This document shows, piece after piece, positions 1 through 9,094 of a stretch of DNA of 37,860 nt. Positions within the stretch are counted from its first letter, which is position 1. Every line of letters begins with the position of its first letter. The notes under the pieces were generated by a model. That model was not told where the DNA came from and ran no database searches. It saw only the letters and a program-made list of their open reading frames with translations. The stretch comes from Candidatus Subterrananammoxibius californiae (GTDB lineage Bacteria > Planctomycetota > Brocadiia > Brocadiales > Subterrananammoxibiaceae). The position numbers and the translations under genes are program-made. The DNA is taken from the NCBI GenBank assembly GCA_030586555.1, contig JAURAC010000016.1:1-37860 (forward strand), written 5' to 3'.

Positions 1-2
1 CT

Positions 3-767
3 GTAGGGGCGGGGTTACCCCGCCCCTACGATGCTGGTTTGAAGGTAACCATTTCCGTACCTAACGGCGAGGAAATTGCAAAAAGAACCTTTAACCCAAG
101 ACTCGGCATACTTGGAGGAATTTCAATCATTGGCACAACAGGGATTGTCAAGCCAATGTCCGACGATGCCATTAAGGCTTCCCTTGTCCTTGAACTCGAT
201 ATTGCCAGAGCCTTCGGTTTTGATACCGTTGTGCTTGTCCCGGGAAATATCGGGGAAAGGGCTGTATTGCAATGGGTAGGAGCACGTTGCAACGTGCCCC
301 TACAAAAGGAGCAGGTGGCGTTGATGAGCAATTATGTCGGGTTTATGCTATTAGAGGCGGCAAAAAGAGGTTTTAAAAAGGTGATACTCGCAGGTCATCC
401 TGGTAAGCTTGCAAAATTAATCCGTGGAGATTTTTACACCCATAGCTCAAAATCAGAAAGCGCTAATAGCCCGATAATAAATATATTGAGGACTTGTTGT
501 ACAGACAGCATATTACAAGAAACCATAAATTCTCCCACCACTGAAGGCATAATAGAAATCTTGAAAAAGCACGGGTATCTTTCCATATTCAATACCGTTG
601 CCAATAAAATCGAAGACGCCGCCTTAAGGTATGTAGGGGCGGGTTTAAAACCCGCCCCTACCGGATTAAAAACAGGAATAATCTTGTTTAATATGAAATG
701 TGAACCGATTGGCATATCAAGGGGTGCAGAGGATTGGCAAAAAGAATTACAAAGAAAATCACAATAG
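3..767 (+). CDS. cbiD: Cobalt-precorrin-5B C1-methyltransferase (5'-truncated by window)
   Basis: Motifs TFNPRLGILGGISIIGTTGIVKPMS, SNYVG and GHPGKLAKL..G.FYTHS. The frame is open from position 3. Next to cbiE and cbiL. Confidence 0.93.
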   Translation, partial: VGAGLPRPYDAGLKVTISVPNGEEIAKRTFNPRLGILGGISIIGTTGIVKPMSDDAIKASLVLELDIARAFGFDTVVLVPGNIGERAVLQWVGARCNVPLQKEQVALMSNYVGFMLLEAAKRGFKKVILAGHPGKLAKLIRGDFYTHSSKSESANSPIINILRTCCTDSILQETINSPTTEGIIEILKKHGYLSIFNTVANKIEDAALRYVGAGLKPAPTGLKTGIILFNMKCEPIGISRGAEDWQKELQRKSQ

Positions 768-1429
768 TAGGTTGCGGTCCTGGTGCAATAAACTATATCA
801 CACCAGCAGGCTTGGAATGCATACATAATGCCGATGTGCTTATAGGTAGTAAAAGACTCCTGGACACATTCCCCCTGATTAAATCGGGGGCAGAAAAGAT
901 TAAAATAGAAAAAAATTACCGCCCGCTCCTTAACAAGATTATTTTATTAAGCAGAACAAAGAACGTTGTAATACTTGTAAGCGGCGACCCTGGTTTTTAC
1001 AGCTATGCGAGGCTTGTTATAGAAAAGTTAGGAAGGGCAAATTGCAATATCATTCCTGGCATAAGTTCTGTACAATTTGCCTTTGCCTCTATAGGAAAAT
1101 CCTGGCATGACGCCCATTTCGTAACCCTGCATGGACGGCAGAAGGGCATTGATGGGCTTATAAAAGCAGTAAAGAAGCACGATACCGTGGCTGCGCTAAT
1201 CGATAAATCAATTAGTCTAAAGACGTTAGCCCATGAGCTTCTAATGGCAGGTATTACTAAAAGAAAGATATTCGTATGCGAAAACCTTTCTCTTCCAGAC
1301 GAGCGGGTGAGGGAGTTTAACCCTGTTTCTCTACAGAGTGCCGATGCAGATGGCTTGAATGTGATTATTATACTCAACCAGTCCTGTCATTCCGAGCGTA
1401 GCGAGGAATCTCGACCTTATAAACGTTAA
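734..1429 (+). CDS. cbiE: Precorrin-6Y/cobalt-precorrin-7 C5-methyltransferase, CbiE subunit
   Basis: IVGCGPG, LVSGDPGFYS, IPGISSVQFAFA, LHGR and CENLSLPDE; cbi operon context. Confidence 0.9.
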   Translation: MAKRITKKITIVGCGPGAINYITPAGLECIHNADVLIGSKRLLDTFPLIKSGAEKIKIEKNYRPLLNKIILLSRTKNVVILVSGDPGFYSYARLVIEKLGRANCNIIPGISSVQFAFASIGKSWHDAHFVTLHGRQKGIDGLIKAVKKHDTVAALIDKSISLKTLAHELLMAGITKRKIFVCENLSLPDERVREFNPVSLQSADADGLNVIIILNQSCHSERSEESRPYKR

Positions 1430-1438
1430 AAATTTAAC

Positions 1439-1495
1439 GGTAGACAACGAACTTTACGTTCGTTGAATCAACGATGATAAACATCGTTGTCTACC
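1439..1495. repeat. Composite palindromic element GGTAGACAACGA...TCGTTGTCTACC; inverted near-copy at 9276-9333
   Basis: Terminal inverted repeat with two internal hairpins; second copy in the opposite orientation. Confidence 0.8.
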
Positions 1496-1507
1496 TAAGT
1501 TTTATGC

Positions 1508-2224
1508 ATGTTTATGGTAGACAAAGTGGGTCATTTCTACGGCATTGGTCTCGGTCCAGGAGACCCTGAGTTGCTTACCCTTAAAGCCGTTCGCATTATT
1601 AAGGATGCAGACTGCATCTTTGTCCCCAAGGCAGGTTCAAAAGAAGAAAGCATGGCACTTGAGATTGTAAAAGACATGACAAAGGGTAAGAGGATAATTG
1701 AAAACGTCTTCCCCATGACAAAGGATAATTCTCTGCTAAAAGAAGCATGGAGTAAGGTTACTGAAGAAATCAAGAAAGAATTAGAGTTGGGGAACAACGT
1801 AGCCTTTCTTACAATCGGCGACCCCCTTACGTATAGCACATACGTTTATCTTCTTAAGCATATAAAGGATGTGCTGCCAGATGATAGAATACACACAGTG
1901 CCTGGAATAACCTCTTATAACGCCGCGGCGTGCATGGCAAACTTCCCGTTGCTTGAAAGGGATGGCAAGCTTGCCGTAGTTCCTGTATCAGATAATATTG
2001 AGTCATTAAAACCAGTCCTTGAATCGTTCGATACTGTAGTGCTGATGAAGGTGGCTAAGAGGCTTGATGAAGTAATTAAGTTACTTGAGGTGATGGGTCT
2101 AACAAACACATCACTTTTTGCCTCGGATGTTGGCTGGTCTAATGCAATTATTACACAGGACATAACGTCATTGAAAGGCAGCGGAAAGGGCTACATGTCC
2201 ATAATAATAGTCAAAAAGCCTTGA
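1508..2224 (+). CDS. cbiL: Precorrin-2/cobalt-factor II C20-methyltransferase (CbiL/CobI)
   Basis: GIGLGPGDPELLTLKA, FPMTKD, FLTIGDPLTYSTY, VPGITS, VLMK and a GYMSIIIV C-terminus. Confidence 0.92.
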   Translation: MFMVDKVGHFYGIGLGPGDPELLTLKAVRIIKDADCIFVPKAGSKEESMALEIVKDMTKGKRIIENVFPMTKDNSLLKEAWSKVTEEIKKELELGNNVAFLTIGDPLTYSTYVYLLKHIKDVLPDDRIHTVPGITSYNAAACMANFPLLERDGKLAVVPVSDNIESLKPVLESFDTVVLMKVAKRLDEVIKLLEVMGLTNTSLFASDVGWSNAIITQDITSLKGSGKGYMSIIIVKKP

Positions 2225-2252
2225 ATATTATCTATTAACAAGTTAAAATAAG

Positions 2253-2519
2253 ATGAAGATTATCTGGACACTCCACGCAGAAGAACGTCAAAAAGAATGG
2301 AAGAAAAAGCTTGGAGTTACAAGTCAAGAGGTTGAAAATTTAGTAAGTAATCCTGAACAAATTGTCTCTGGCGATATGGATGTTCTTGTTGGACAAGCAA
2401 GGACTCGTAACGGCTTATTACGAGTCCCTTTTGTAGAGATTAGCGGTGATAGAAAAATCCTGACAGTATATTGGACAAGTAATGTAGAAAAATATTGGAA
2501 GGAAAAAAATGAGGATTAA
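2253..2519 (+). CDS. DUF4258-like (RelE/BrnT-fold) putative toxin
   Basis: 88 aa with TLHAEER N-terminus and LRV...ILTVY; overlaps a DUF2283-like gene. Confidence 0.65.
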   Translation: MKIIWTLHAEERQKEWKKKLGVTSQEVENLVSNPEQIVSGDMDVLVGQARTRNGLLRVPFVEISGDRKILTVYWTSNVEKYWKEKNED

Positions 2520-2703
2520 ATACGACTCTGAAGCCGATGTTCTCATACTCATTCTTCGTGAAGACCCACCGGTTGATGCAATTGAAGAACCAGGGGGAGT
2601 TATCGTAAGTTATGGCGAGAATGGTGAGCCAGTTACTGTAGAGTTTCTAAACGCATCGGCTCGGCAGTTGATCCGCTCAGGGGAGCTCAGCGTAACCATT
2701 TAG
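2509..2703 (+). CDS. DUF2283 family protein (putative antitoxin)
   Basis: MRIKYDSEADVL...G.PV.VEFLNAS pattern, 64 aa. Confidence 0.8.
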   Translation: MRIKYDSEADVLILILREDPPVDAIEEPGGVIVSYGENGEPVTVEFLNASARQLIRSGELSVTI

Positions 2704-2768
2704 AGCAAAAGATAGGCATCTTGCTTAAAGCCAGCGGGAAGGGCTATATGTCGGTAATTACGCCAAGT

Positions 2769-2810
2769 AGGGACACATCCCATTTATACTGATAAATGGG
2801 ATGTGTCCCT
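2769..2810. repeat. Perfect 19-bp inverted repeat (hairpin / REP-like / bidirectional terminator)
   Basis: AGGGACACATCCCATTTAT-actg-ATAAATGGGATGTGTCCCT between convergent genes. Confidence 0.8.
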
Positions 2811-2922
2811 GTAAGATAAATCCAATCTTTTTGCAAACCTCAGGCAAAGCCTGTAGGGGCTGGATAACCCTACCCCTACCGTAAAGGCAAACTACCCGAA
2901 CTCAAAATCCACATCATTTACC

Positions 2923-3348
2923 TTACTTTTTTATCGTTAATGTGCCTGGTGGACCACTACCTGAAAAGGTTGCTTTAATAAACTTTTTTTTCCCAGCAGA
3001 GGCACCACTAACACTCCCGATATAATTTCCACTACCGTAATCATGAGACCCTTGCAATGTTATGTTTTGGGGTGGATTTTCACCAATAAAGAAAATCGTC
3101 ATAGTCAGCATGGCTGTATTTTGAGGATCTGTACCACCCAAAGTAACACGTCTGGTAAGTGCATAATAACCAATATGTGTAGCTCCTTGAAAAACTTTTC
3201 CCCCTAAATGTCCCCAGAGTCCTGCTGCGTCATCCACAATTGTAAAAGCGTCCTCAGTTAGGGTATATGTCACAGAAAGCCCTGCATAAGATTGTGCTGA
3301 CCAAACCAAAAAGGACATAAATATTGCAAGAATGCCAATTCTTTTCAT
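2923..3348 (-). CDS. Secreted hypothetical protein
   Basis: Signal peptide (MKRIGILAIF...SYA), GAGGA RBS, beta-rich mature part. Confidence 0.7.
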   Translation of the reverse strand: MKRIGILAIFMSFLVWSAQSYAGLSVTYTLTEDAFTIVDDAAGLWGHLGGKVFQGATHIGYYALTRRVTLGGTDPQNTAMLTMTIFFIGENPPQNITLQGSHDYGSGNYIGSVSGASAGKKKFIKATFSGSGPPGTLTIKK

Positions 3349-3478
3349 GACATCATCCTCCTTTTAGAGAAATCAAATTTTAAATCAAGAACACCTTATT
3401 TATACATGTTCATACAATCATTGGCATCGCCTCCTCCTGTGAAAGCCATAAGCAAATATATTATATCACTGCTTCTCC

Positions 3479-3853
3479 CTATCCAATCTTCTCAATAAAA
3501 GCCTTTGCGGTTTTAAAAATTTCTTTAACCGCACCAACAGAGTGGAGGTCTCCGTGGTAATAGCCTGCAATATGGAGTTCATCGTAGAGGTCTTCAAATT
3601 CTCTTAATAGTTTTCCATTGTGTACTTTTAGATATTTTTGTAAGACTTTTCTATAACCATCTACTGGCCTCGGAAGCTCTTTTCTGCTAAGTCCTTTATT
3701 TACCAAATAAGCATCTATTGCTTTTAGTATTGCAAGATATGCAGTACCACAAGCCTCCTGTATGTATTTAACATCTGCGTACCTATTGTCTTCGATTGGG
3801 GCTTTTTTTAATATTTCCTTTGCGTTCTGTAAATATCTCAATGCCTCTTTCAT
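3479..3853 (-). CDS. DUF5618 (HEPN-like) family protein, copy 1
   Basis: EALRYLQNAKEIL...Y.D.KY...ACGTAY.A.L...Y..LHIAGYY.G pattern; GGAGG RBS. Confidence 0.75.
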   Translation of the reverse strand: MKEALRYLQNAKEILKKAPIEDNRYADVKYIQEACGTAYLAILKAIDAYLVNKGLSRKELPRPVDGYRKVLQKYLKVHNGKLLREFEDLYDELHIAGYYHGDLHSVGAVKEIFKTAKAFIEKIG

Positions 3854-3885
3854 ATGCTAAATTTTATTCCTCCGAAAGGAGAAAA

Positions 3886-3987
3886 TCAATAAAAATCCTC
3901 CTGTGCAAAGACGATTTTTGTCCTCATTTTGACGTTAATCAGGAAGGAAAGGGTTATATGTCGGTAATTATTGTTAAGAAGCCGTGA
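3886..3987. repeat. Hybrid junction 1: copy of rodA 3' end (minus strand) fused to copy of cbiL 3' end (plus strand)
   Basis: 3886-3956 matches 7092-7162; 3946-3987 matches 2183-2224; overlap core GGAAAGGG(C/T)TA. Confidence 0.9.
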
Positions 3988-4087
3988 ACCCTGGTAAGCA
4001 TCAACATATCATCTATGAAGAATCTTGCTGTGGGTTGCATTGAGACGGTCAATGCAAATATCCATTACTCGTGCCCATCACCCATTG

Positions 4088-5746
4088 CTATTGGCACTCA
4101 AAATTTACATCATTTAGCTTGGCACCTCCGGTAATTTCCACTATTTGCCTGCTACTATTTAATGGACTACAATCACGTACCTTTACTTTATACGTACCGT
4201 CCACAAGGTCAGAGAAAAGATAACAACCGTTAACATTTGTTTCAACCCTTCCTATTCTTACTATTGATTCGGGGAATATCCTTTTCAATATAATTTTCTT
4301 ATTACGAAGCGGCTCCCCAGTAAACTCATTTGTCACCTTACCCGATATGCAGCCTAAAAGGCTATCAGAAGGACACTGGCATACGCAAGCAGGGGCGTCC
4401 ACGCAATCGGGGTCATCACAATCTATAAGCCCATCACAGTCGTTATCTACCCCATCATTGCATACCTCGGCAATGCACTCAGAACTTTGCCTAAAATTAG
4501 CGATAGTATAAGCAGTATTGTTAAATGTCTTAGCATTGTCTGCTGAATTAGGCTGACCTTGAGGTATTCCTGTCGGGATACCATTGTATCTCACAAGTGG
4601 ATTTGAAAAGTACAGAATTCCTGGACAAGGATATGTGCACCCATTGGAGTAAGACATAATTGTCCTAAAAGAACCATTAGTTTCCTGATAGCCATAAGAG
4701 TAGCTATATGCTCTGCATCCTCCTGAATTATCACGGTCATGGTCTGCTCCCATATTATGTCCCAATTCGTGAGCTAAGACCACTGAAGAGCATCCTGTTT
4801 CTACCACGCTAAAACCCGAGGATGCAAAATATTTTGAAACCGAGCACATGATATAAGCAATCCCGCAAGCGTCTATTCTACTAACGAATAGACTTACAAG
4901 GTCAGCGTTATACGTATTTCTTAAAGTATGAACATTATCCATGTATCCATCAGAAGGATTCCTGAGCCGTCCCAGGTCCGTTGAAGCGCTTCCTGTTTCT
5001 GTATAAGCGACTTGAGCCGTGCCAACAAGACGCAATCTTTGAGTTATAAGACTATTGCTGTATGCCTGATTGCTCTTATCAATTGAAAGTTGAATTTCAG
5101 AGTTGATGTTCCCTGAGGCATTTGCAGCCGCTTGAGTGTAAACAACCAGGATATCTATAATTGAGCCATCATCTCTTGGTACTGTACGAGGTTCAAAAGG
5201 TGCATCTTCTATTTCTACAGGTATAGGGTCCGCACATGGTGAAAAGGCGCTCTGGTCAATTTCATAAACGGCATGCACACCTCCGCCAACAGAACGAATC
5301 TGATATAGCCCCTCTGGAATCACGATATCCCCTGACGTATTGCCATCTTCAACGACTATTATTACCTGACTATGTTCTATCCATTCAATATGACCGTACC
5401 AGGTGTACCGATAGGTAGAGCGAGTTTCGATGCGGTCTTTTATTCCTACAAATGATAAGCCTTCAAACAGATTTATAACGATGGAATCTCTTTTGCGAAG
5501 CAGGTCAAGGCCAACTTGAACATACCTCTTCCGAACAATTGCAGGGTCTTCTTTTTCTCGCTCTAAAATTTTGGGTCGAATATATTTTTCCGCGAAAGGC
5601 TGCGCATCTTTAAATAAATTATCATCTTGCTCGTAAGATAGCACTTTTAGCGCATCCGATGTTGGTTGAGCGCTCAATAATCCATTCACCCATGCGGCAA
5701 GAAATAACATAGCAACTCCTGTTACAATGCTAATGCGAAATTTCAT
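4088..5746 (-). CDS. Secreted reprolysin-like (M12B) zinc metallopeptidase with Cys/Asp metal-binding motif and C-terminal prealbumin/carboxypeptidase-regulatory-like domain
   Basis: Signal peptide; IDILVVYT; HELGHNMGADH zinc motif; Met-turn RTIMSY; EVCNDGVDNDCDGLIDCDDPDC. Confidence 0.85.
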   Translation of the reverse strand: MKFRISIVTGVAMLFLAAWVNGLLSAQPTSDALKVLSYEQDDNLFKDAQPFAEKYIRPKILEREKEDPAIVRKRYVQVGLDLLRKRDSIVINLFEGLSFVGIKDRIETRSTYRYTWYGHIEWIEHSQVIIVVEDGNTSGDIVIPEGLYQIRSVGGGVHAVYEIDQSAFSPCADPIPVEIEDAPFEPRTVPRDDGSIIDILVVYTQAAANASGNINSEIQLSIDKSNQAYSNSLITQRLRLVGTAQVAYTETGSASTDLGRLRNPSDGYMDNVHTLRNTYNADLVSLFVSRIDACGIAYIMCSVSKYFASSGFSVVETGCSSVVLAHELGHNMGADHDRDNSGGCRAYSYSYGYQETNGSFRTIMSYSNGCTYPCPGILYFSNPLVRYNGIPTGIPQGQPNSADNAKTFNNTAYTIANFRQSSECIAEVCNDGVDNDCDGLIDCDDPDCVDAPACVCQCPSDSLLGCISGKVTNEFTGEPLRNKKIILKRIFPESIVRIGRVETNVNGCYLFSDLVDGTYKVKVRDCSPLNSSRQIVEITGGAKLNDVNFECQ

Positions 5747-5898
5747 AATTTCTCTCTCTCATCTAAAACCAAACAAAAAGCCCAGGCTTTTGTAAAGTGC
5801 TGGGCTTGATGAAATAAAAATACAAGATTATTCACTACGGCTAATCCTCCCTTGACACAACTTCGCTTTACTCAACATGACAAAGGAGGAATAATACG

Positions 5899-6273
5899 TT
5901 ATCCAATCTTCTCAATAAAAACCTTTGCCGTTTTAAAAATTTCTTTAACCGCACCAACAGAGTGGAGGTCTCCGTGGTAATAGCCAGCTATATGGAGTTC
6001 GTCATAGAGGTCTTCAAATGCCCTTAACAATTTTCCATTACGAACTTTCATGTATTTTCGCAAGGCATTTCTATAAGCATCCACGGGCCTTGGAAGCTCT
6101 TTTCTGCTAAGTCCTTTATTTAGTAAATAAGCATCTATTGCTTTTAGTATTGCAAGATATGCAGTACCACAAGCCTCCTGAACATATTTAACGTCAGCGT
6201 ACCTATTATCCTCAATTGGAGCTTTCTTTAATATTTCCTTTGCGTTCTGTAAATATCTCGATGCCTCTTTCAT
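5899..6273 (-). CDS. DUF5618 (HEPN-like) family protein, copy 2
   Basis: 124 aa; 11 aa differences from 3479-3853 by manual comparison. Confidence 0.75.
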   Translation of the reverse strand: MKEASRYLQNAKEILKKAPIEDNRYADVKYVQEACGTAYLAILKAIDAYLLNKGLSRKELPRPVDAYRNALRKYMKVRNGKLLRAFEDLYDELHIAGYYHGDLHSVGAVKEIFKTAKVFIEKIG

Positions 6274-6305
6274 ATGCTAAATTGTATTCCCCAAAAAGAA
6301 GAAAA

Positions 6306-6413
6306 TCAATAAAAATCCTCCTGTGCAAAGACGATTTTTGTCCTCATTTTGACGTTAATCAGGAGAGAAAGGGCTATATGACGGTAATTATCGTCAAGAA
6401 GCCAACAGGCTAA
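6306..6413. repeat. Hybrid junction 2 (rodA tail + cbiL tail)
   Basis: Near-identical to 3886-3987; core AGAAAGGGCTA at 6366-6376. Confidence 0.9.
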
Positions 6414-6464
6414 ACTTGGAAAAACATCTATGACATTTTTCCTGCGTTATCATAAGTAGTAGTA

Positions 6465-6947
6465 TCATTTAAACCTTTCATCTGCTTTCACCTCATGTAC
6501 TTTATCTGCTCTTTTGGAAAGCCACCCTGTTCGCTCAACTTTTATGACATCAAATTCCGGGACACAGGGTTTTATGTCCAATAACGGTGTGCCATCAACA
6601 ATATCCAAACCTTCAACGTGAAGTGTATGCCCTTCAATTTTTATAAGCTTGACTATAGATATTCCTATAGGATTGGGGCGTCTGGGTGCCCGTGTAGCAA
6701 ATACACCATGCAGTCTGTCGTCCATAAATGGCATAACCTCTAATGAGTAACCTTTAGAGAGATGAAAATGATAAATTAAGACGATGTGCGAAAATCCTTC
6801 AACATCTTTGAGACCGTCAACATACTCTGGTTCCATTTCTACCGTTCCAACTATACCCTTAGCACCCGTTGGTTGTATTGGCATTCCTTTGATATCTTTA
6901 AAAGGAGAGCAAATTACGCCTATCTGTTTGTATATTATTTCATTCAT
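6465..6947 (-). CDS. tsaA: TrmO/TsaA-like tRNA m6t6A37 methyltransferase
   Basis: IGVI.SPF, GL....FSHI..IY.FH, GVFATRAPRRPNPIG.S.V.L, LD..DGTPLLDIKP. Confidence 0.88.
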   Translation of the reverse strand: MNEIIYKQIGVICSPFKDIKGMPIQPTGAKGIVGTVEMEPEYVDGLKDVEGFSHIVLIYHFHLSKGYSLEVMPFMDDRLHGVFATRAPRRPNPIGISIVKLIKIEGHTLHVEGLDIVDGTPLLDIKPCVPEFDVIKVERTGWLSKRADKVHEVKADERFK

Positions 6948-7091
6948 AAGTTCGCCATCCTATTCATACGATTCTCGATAATTGTTAACAACCGCATTCT
7001 TGCGGTTATCACTATAAATTGGTATATTAGACGCATAGTTGAAAAACATTTGCTACCACTTTACGGCAAAAAATACTTAACCACAAACGAA

Positions 7092-8192
7092 TCAATAAAA
7101 ATCTTCCTGCGCAAACACAATCTTTGTCCTCATTTTGACGTTAATCAGGAAGGAAAGGGCTATGAATGAGGACAGGATTGATGAGCCTCCGTAACTCACA
7201 AACGGGAGTGTAAAACCGCTTATAGGGGCAATACCGAGGCACATCGCTACGTTAAGCAATATTTGCGTTGTAAACATCGTTACAACGCCAACCGAAATAA
7301 GCCTGCCCGTAGTTTCACGTGTTACGCTGGCTATACCGATACCAATGGCAAGAAATGCAAGGAATAAAAACAACACAAAAAGGGTGAGAATAAATCCCCA
7401 TTCCTCGGCAATGACAGAGAAAATAAAGTCCGTATGCCGTTCGGGCAATATCTTCAATTGTGTTTGGGTGCCCTCGCCCCACCCAGAGCCAAAGAGTCCC
7501 CCAGAGCCTATGGCTATCAGGGATTGAAGTTTATGGTATCCCGCACCAATATCGGCAGCCTTTTCGGGCCAGAGAAACCCGATTATCCTATCTTTCTGAT
7601 AATCCTTAAGCAAAAATAACCAGAGCAGCGGAAAGGATGCTAACCCCGAACCTACGATGGAAAGAAGATGTTTGAGCTTAGCTCCGGTTACGAAGAGCAT
7701 AGAAAAAAAGATGGGCATTAAAAGCATGGCTGTACCGAGGTCGGGCTGTTTTGCCACAAGCGCCATTGGCACTATGGTTAAAATAAGTGGATAAAAGACA
7801 CCCTGGAAGGTGCGATAATTTCTCTTGTAAGTTAAATATTTAGCAAGTGTAAGTATTAAGATAATCTTTATGAATTCGGAGGGTTGAAAAGAAACGGGCC
7901 CAAAGTCAAGCCATCTACGAGAGCCACGAATTGATACTCCAAAGAAAAAGACAACTATTAGACTACAAAGACCTATGAAATAGTAAAAGTAAGAGTGCCC
8001 TACTATCTTTATATAGTCAAACCTTAATAGAATGACAAAGATTACCAGCCCGACAATAATCCAAAGAATTTGTTTATAGGCATAGTGCTTTGAGGATGCG
8101 CTCCAGATGAAGATTACCCCGATTGTTAGAAGCGCAAGGGTGATAAGAAACATTACCCAATCAAATCTTGAGAGACTTTTTCTTCCATACAT
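7092..8192 (-). CDS. rodA: Rod shape-determining SEDS protein RodA
   Basis: GSRRWL, FQPSEF.K, QPDLGT, YQK.RI, QSLIAIGSGG, PERHTDFIFS..AEEWG, LPFVSYGGSS. Confidence 0.9.
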   Translation of the reverse strand: MYGRKSLSRFDWVMFLITLALLTIGVIFIWSASSKHYAYKQILWIIVGLVIFVILLRFDYIKIVGHSYFYYFIGLCSLIVVFFFGVSIRGSRRWLDFGPVSFQPSEFIKIILILTLAKYLTYKRNYRTFQGVFYPLILTIVPMALVAKQPDLGTAMLLMPIFFSMLFVTGAKLKHLLSIVGSGLASFPLLWLFLLKDYQKDRIIGFLWPEKAADIGAGYHKLQSLIAIGSGGLFGSGWGEGTQTQLKILPERHTDFIFSVIAEEWGFILTLFVLFLFLAFLAIGIGIASVTRETTGRLISVGVVTMFTTQILLNVAMCLGIAPISGFTLPFVSYGGSSILSSFIALSFLINVKMRTKIVFAQEDFY

Positions 8193-8201
8193 TTCAAATT
8201 T

Positions 8202-8266
8202 TGGAGTGCATTAACCGTGTTAATGCAATTTTGCAGCGACATCCGCCTAAGGCGGACTGCACTCCA
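8202..8266. repeat. TGGAGTGCA...TGCACTCCA palindromic element with nested hairpins
   Basis: 9-bp terminal IR enclosing GCATTAAC/GTTAATGC and CCGCCTAAGGCGG. Confidence 0.6.
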
Positions 8267-8275
8267 TAAAAGCAT

Positions 8276-9094
8276 TTAGTTAGCACCTTTGCTTTTCTGG
8301 TAGGCAATTCGAAGGGCAGCCTTAGCTACTGGATAATTGGGGTTAATCTCCAATGCCTTTTGATACAGGGCAATTGCTGTATCAAGCATCCCTTCGGCGC
8401 TATATGCCATACCGAGATTGAGATGTGCGGCTGCTAAACGCTTCTTCTGAACCGGGGAAAGAAGCGATAATACCTCCTTGAACTCCAAAATAGCTGGTTC
8501 GTTCATGCCTTTGTTGCGATATGCCATAGCAAGATTATAATGCGCCTCGACATGATTAGGATTAATCTCTATCGCCTTCCTGTACTCACCGATAGCCTTA
8601 TCGGTTAACCCCTTTCCCCGATATGCAAGTGCGAGGTTGTAATGTAGTTCTGCATCATTGGGAATAATTCTCAGGGCATTTTCATAGGCAATAATTGCAT
8701 CATCATACATGCCCTTATCAGCATAGGCAAGAGCAAGGACATTAAAAGCCTTTGCATTCGCAGGTGTGGAGAGAAGCACCTTCCTGTGTTCGGCATCTAT
8801 ATTTTCAAGAAGCACGGGATTAATTTCTATAGCCTTTTTTACCTCAGCAGAAGCCACCCTTTCCATGCCTTTTGCGTAATAAGACAGTCCAAGACTATAA
8901 TGTGCACCCGCATGGGTTGGATTCGCCTCAAGCAAGGTATTAAATTCAGCGATTGCCTCATCGTACATACCCTTAGAATAAAACACAAGCCCTTGTTGAT
9001 AACGGTGGTTAGTACCCCTACCACAACCCTCCACTATAAACCCCAGGCATATAAAAATAGCCATTAATATTACAATGTGCTTCTGTATCTTCAA
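8276..9094 (-). CDS. TPR-repeat protein (possible lipoprotein)
   Basis: Repeated AHYNL(G/A).AY..KG..A...Y.KA.EINP; hydrophobic N-terminus ending in GC. Confidence 0.85.
   Translation of the reverse strand: MKIQKHIVILMAIFICLGFIVEGCGRGTNHRYQQGLVFYSKGMYDEAIAEFNTLLEANPTHAGAHYSLGLSYYAKGMERVASAEVKKAIEINPVLLENIDAEHRKVLLSTPANAKAFNVLALAYADKGMYDDAIIAYENALRIIPNDAELHYNLALAYRGKGLTDKAIGEYRKAIEINPNHVEAHYNLAMAYRNKGMNEPAILEFKEVLSLLSPVQKKRLAAAHLNLGMAYSAEGMLDTAIALYQKALEINPNYPVAKAALRIAYQKSKGAN

Noticed and set aside
1385..1411. CbiE C-terminal extension CHSERSEES as a functional motif
   Set aside because: It derives from a GTCATTCCGAGCGTAGCGAGGAATCT-type dispersed repeat captured before the stop codon
3796..6413. 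ORFs 3796-3987 and 6216-6413 (also 6786-7169) as genes
   Set aside because: They are read-throughs of the hybrid junctions and of antisense DUF5618/tsaA/rodA sequence; only their ends derive from cbiL or the shared core
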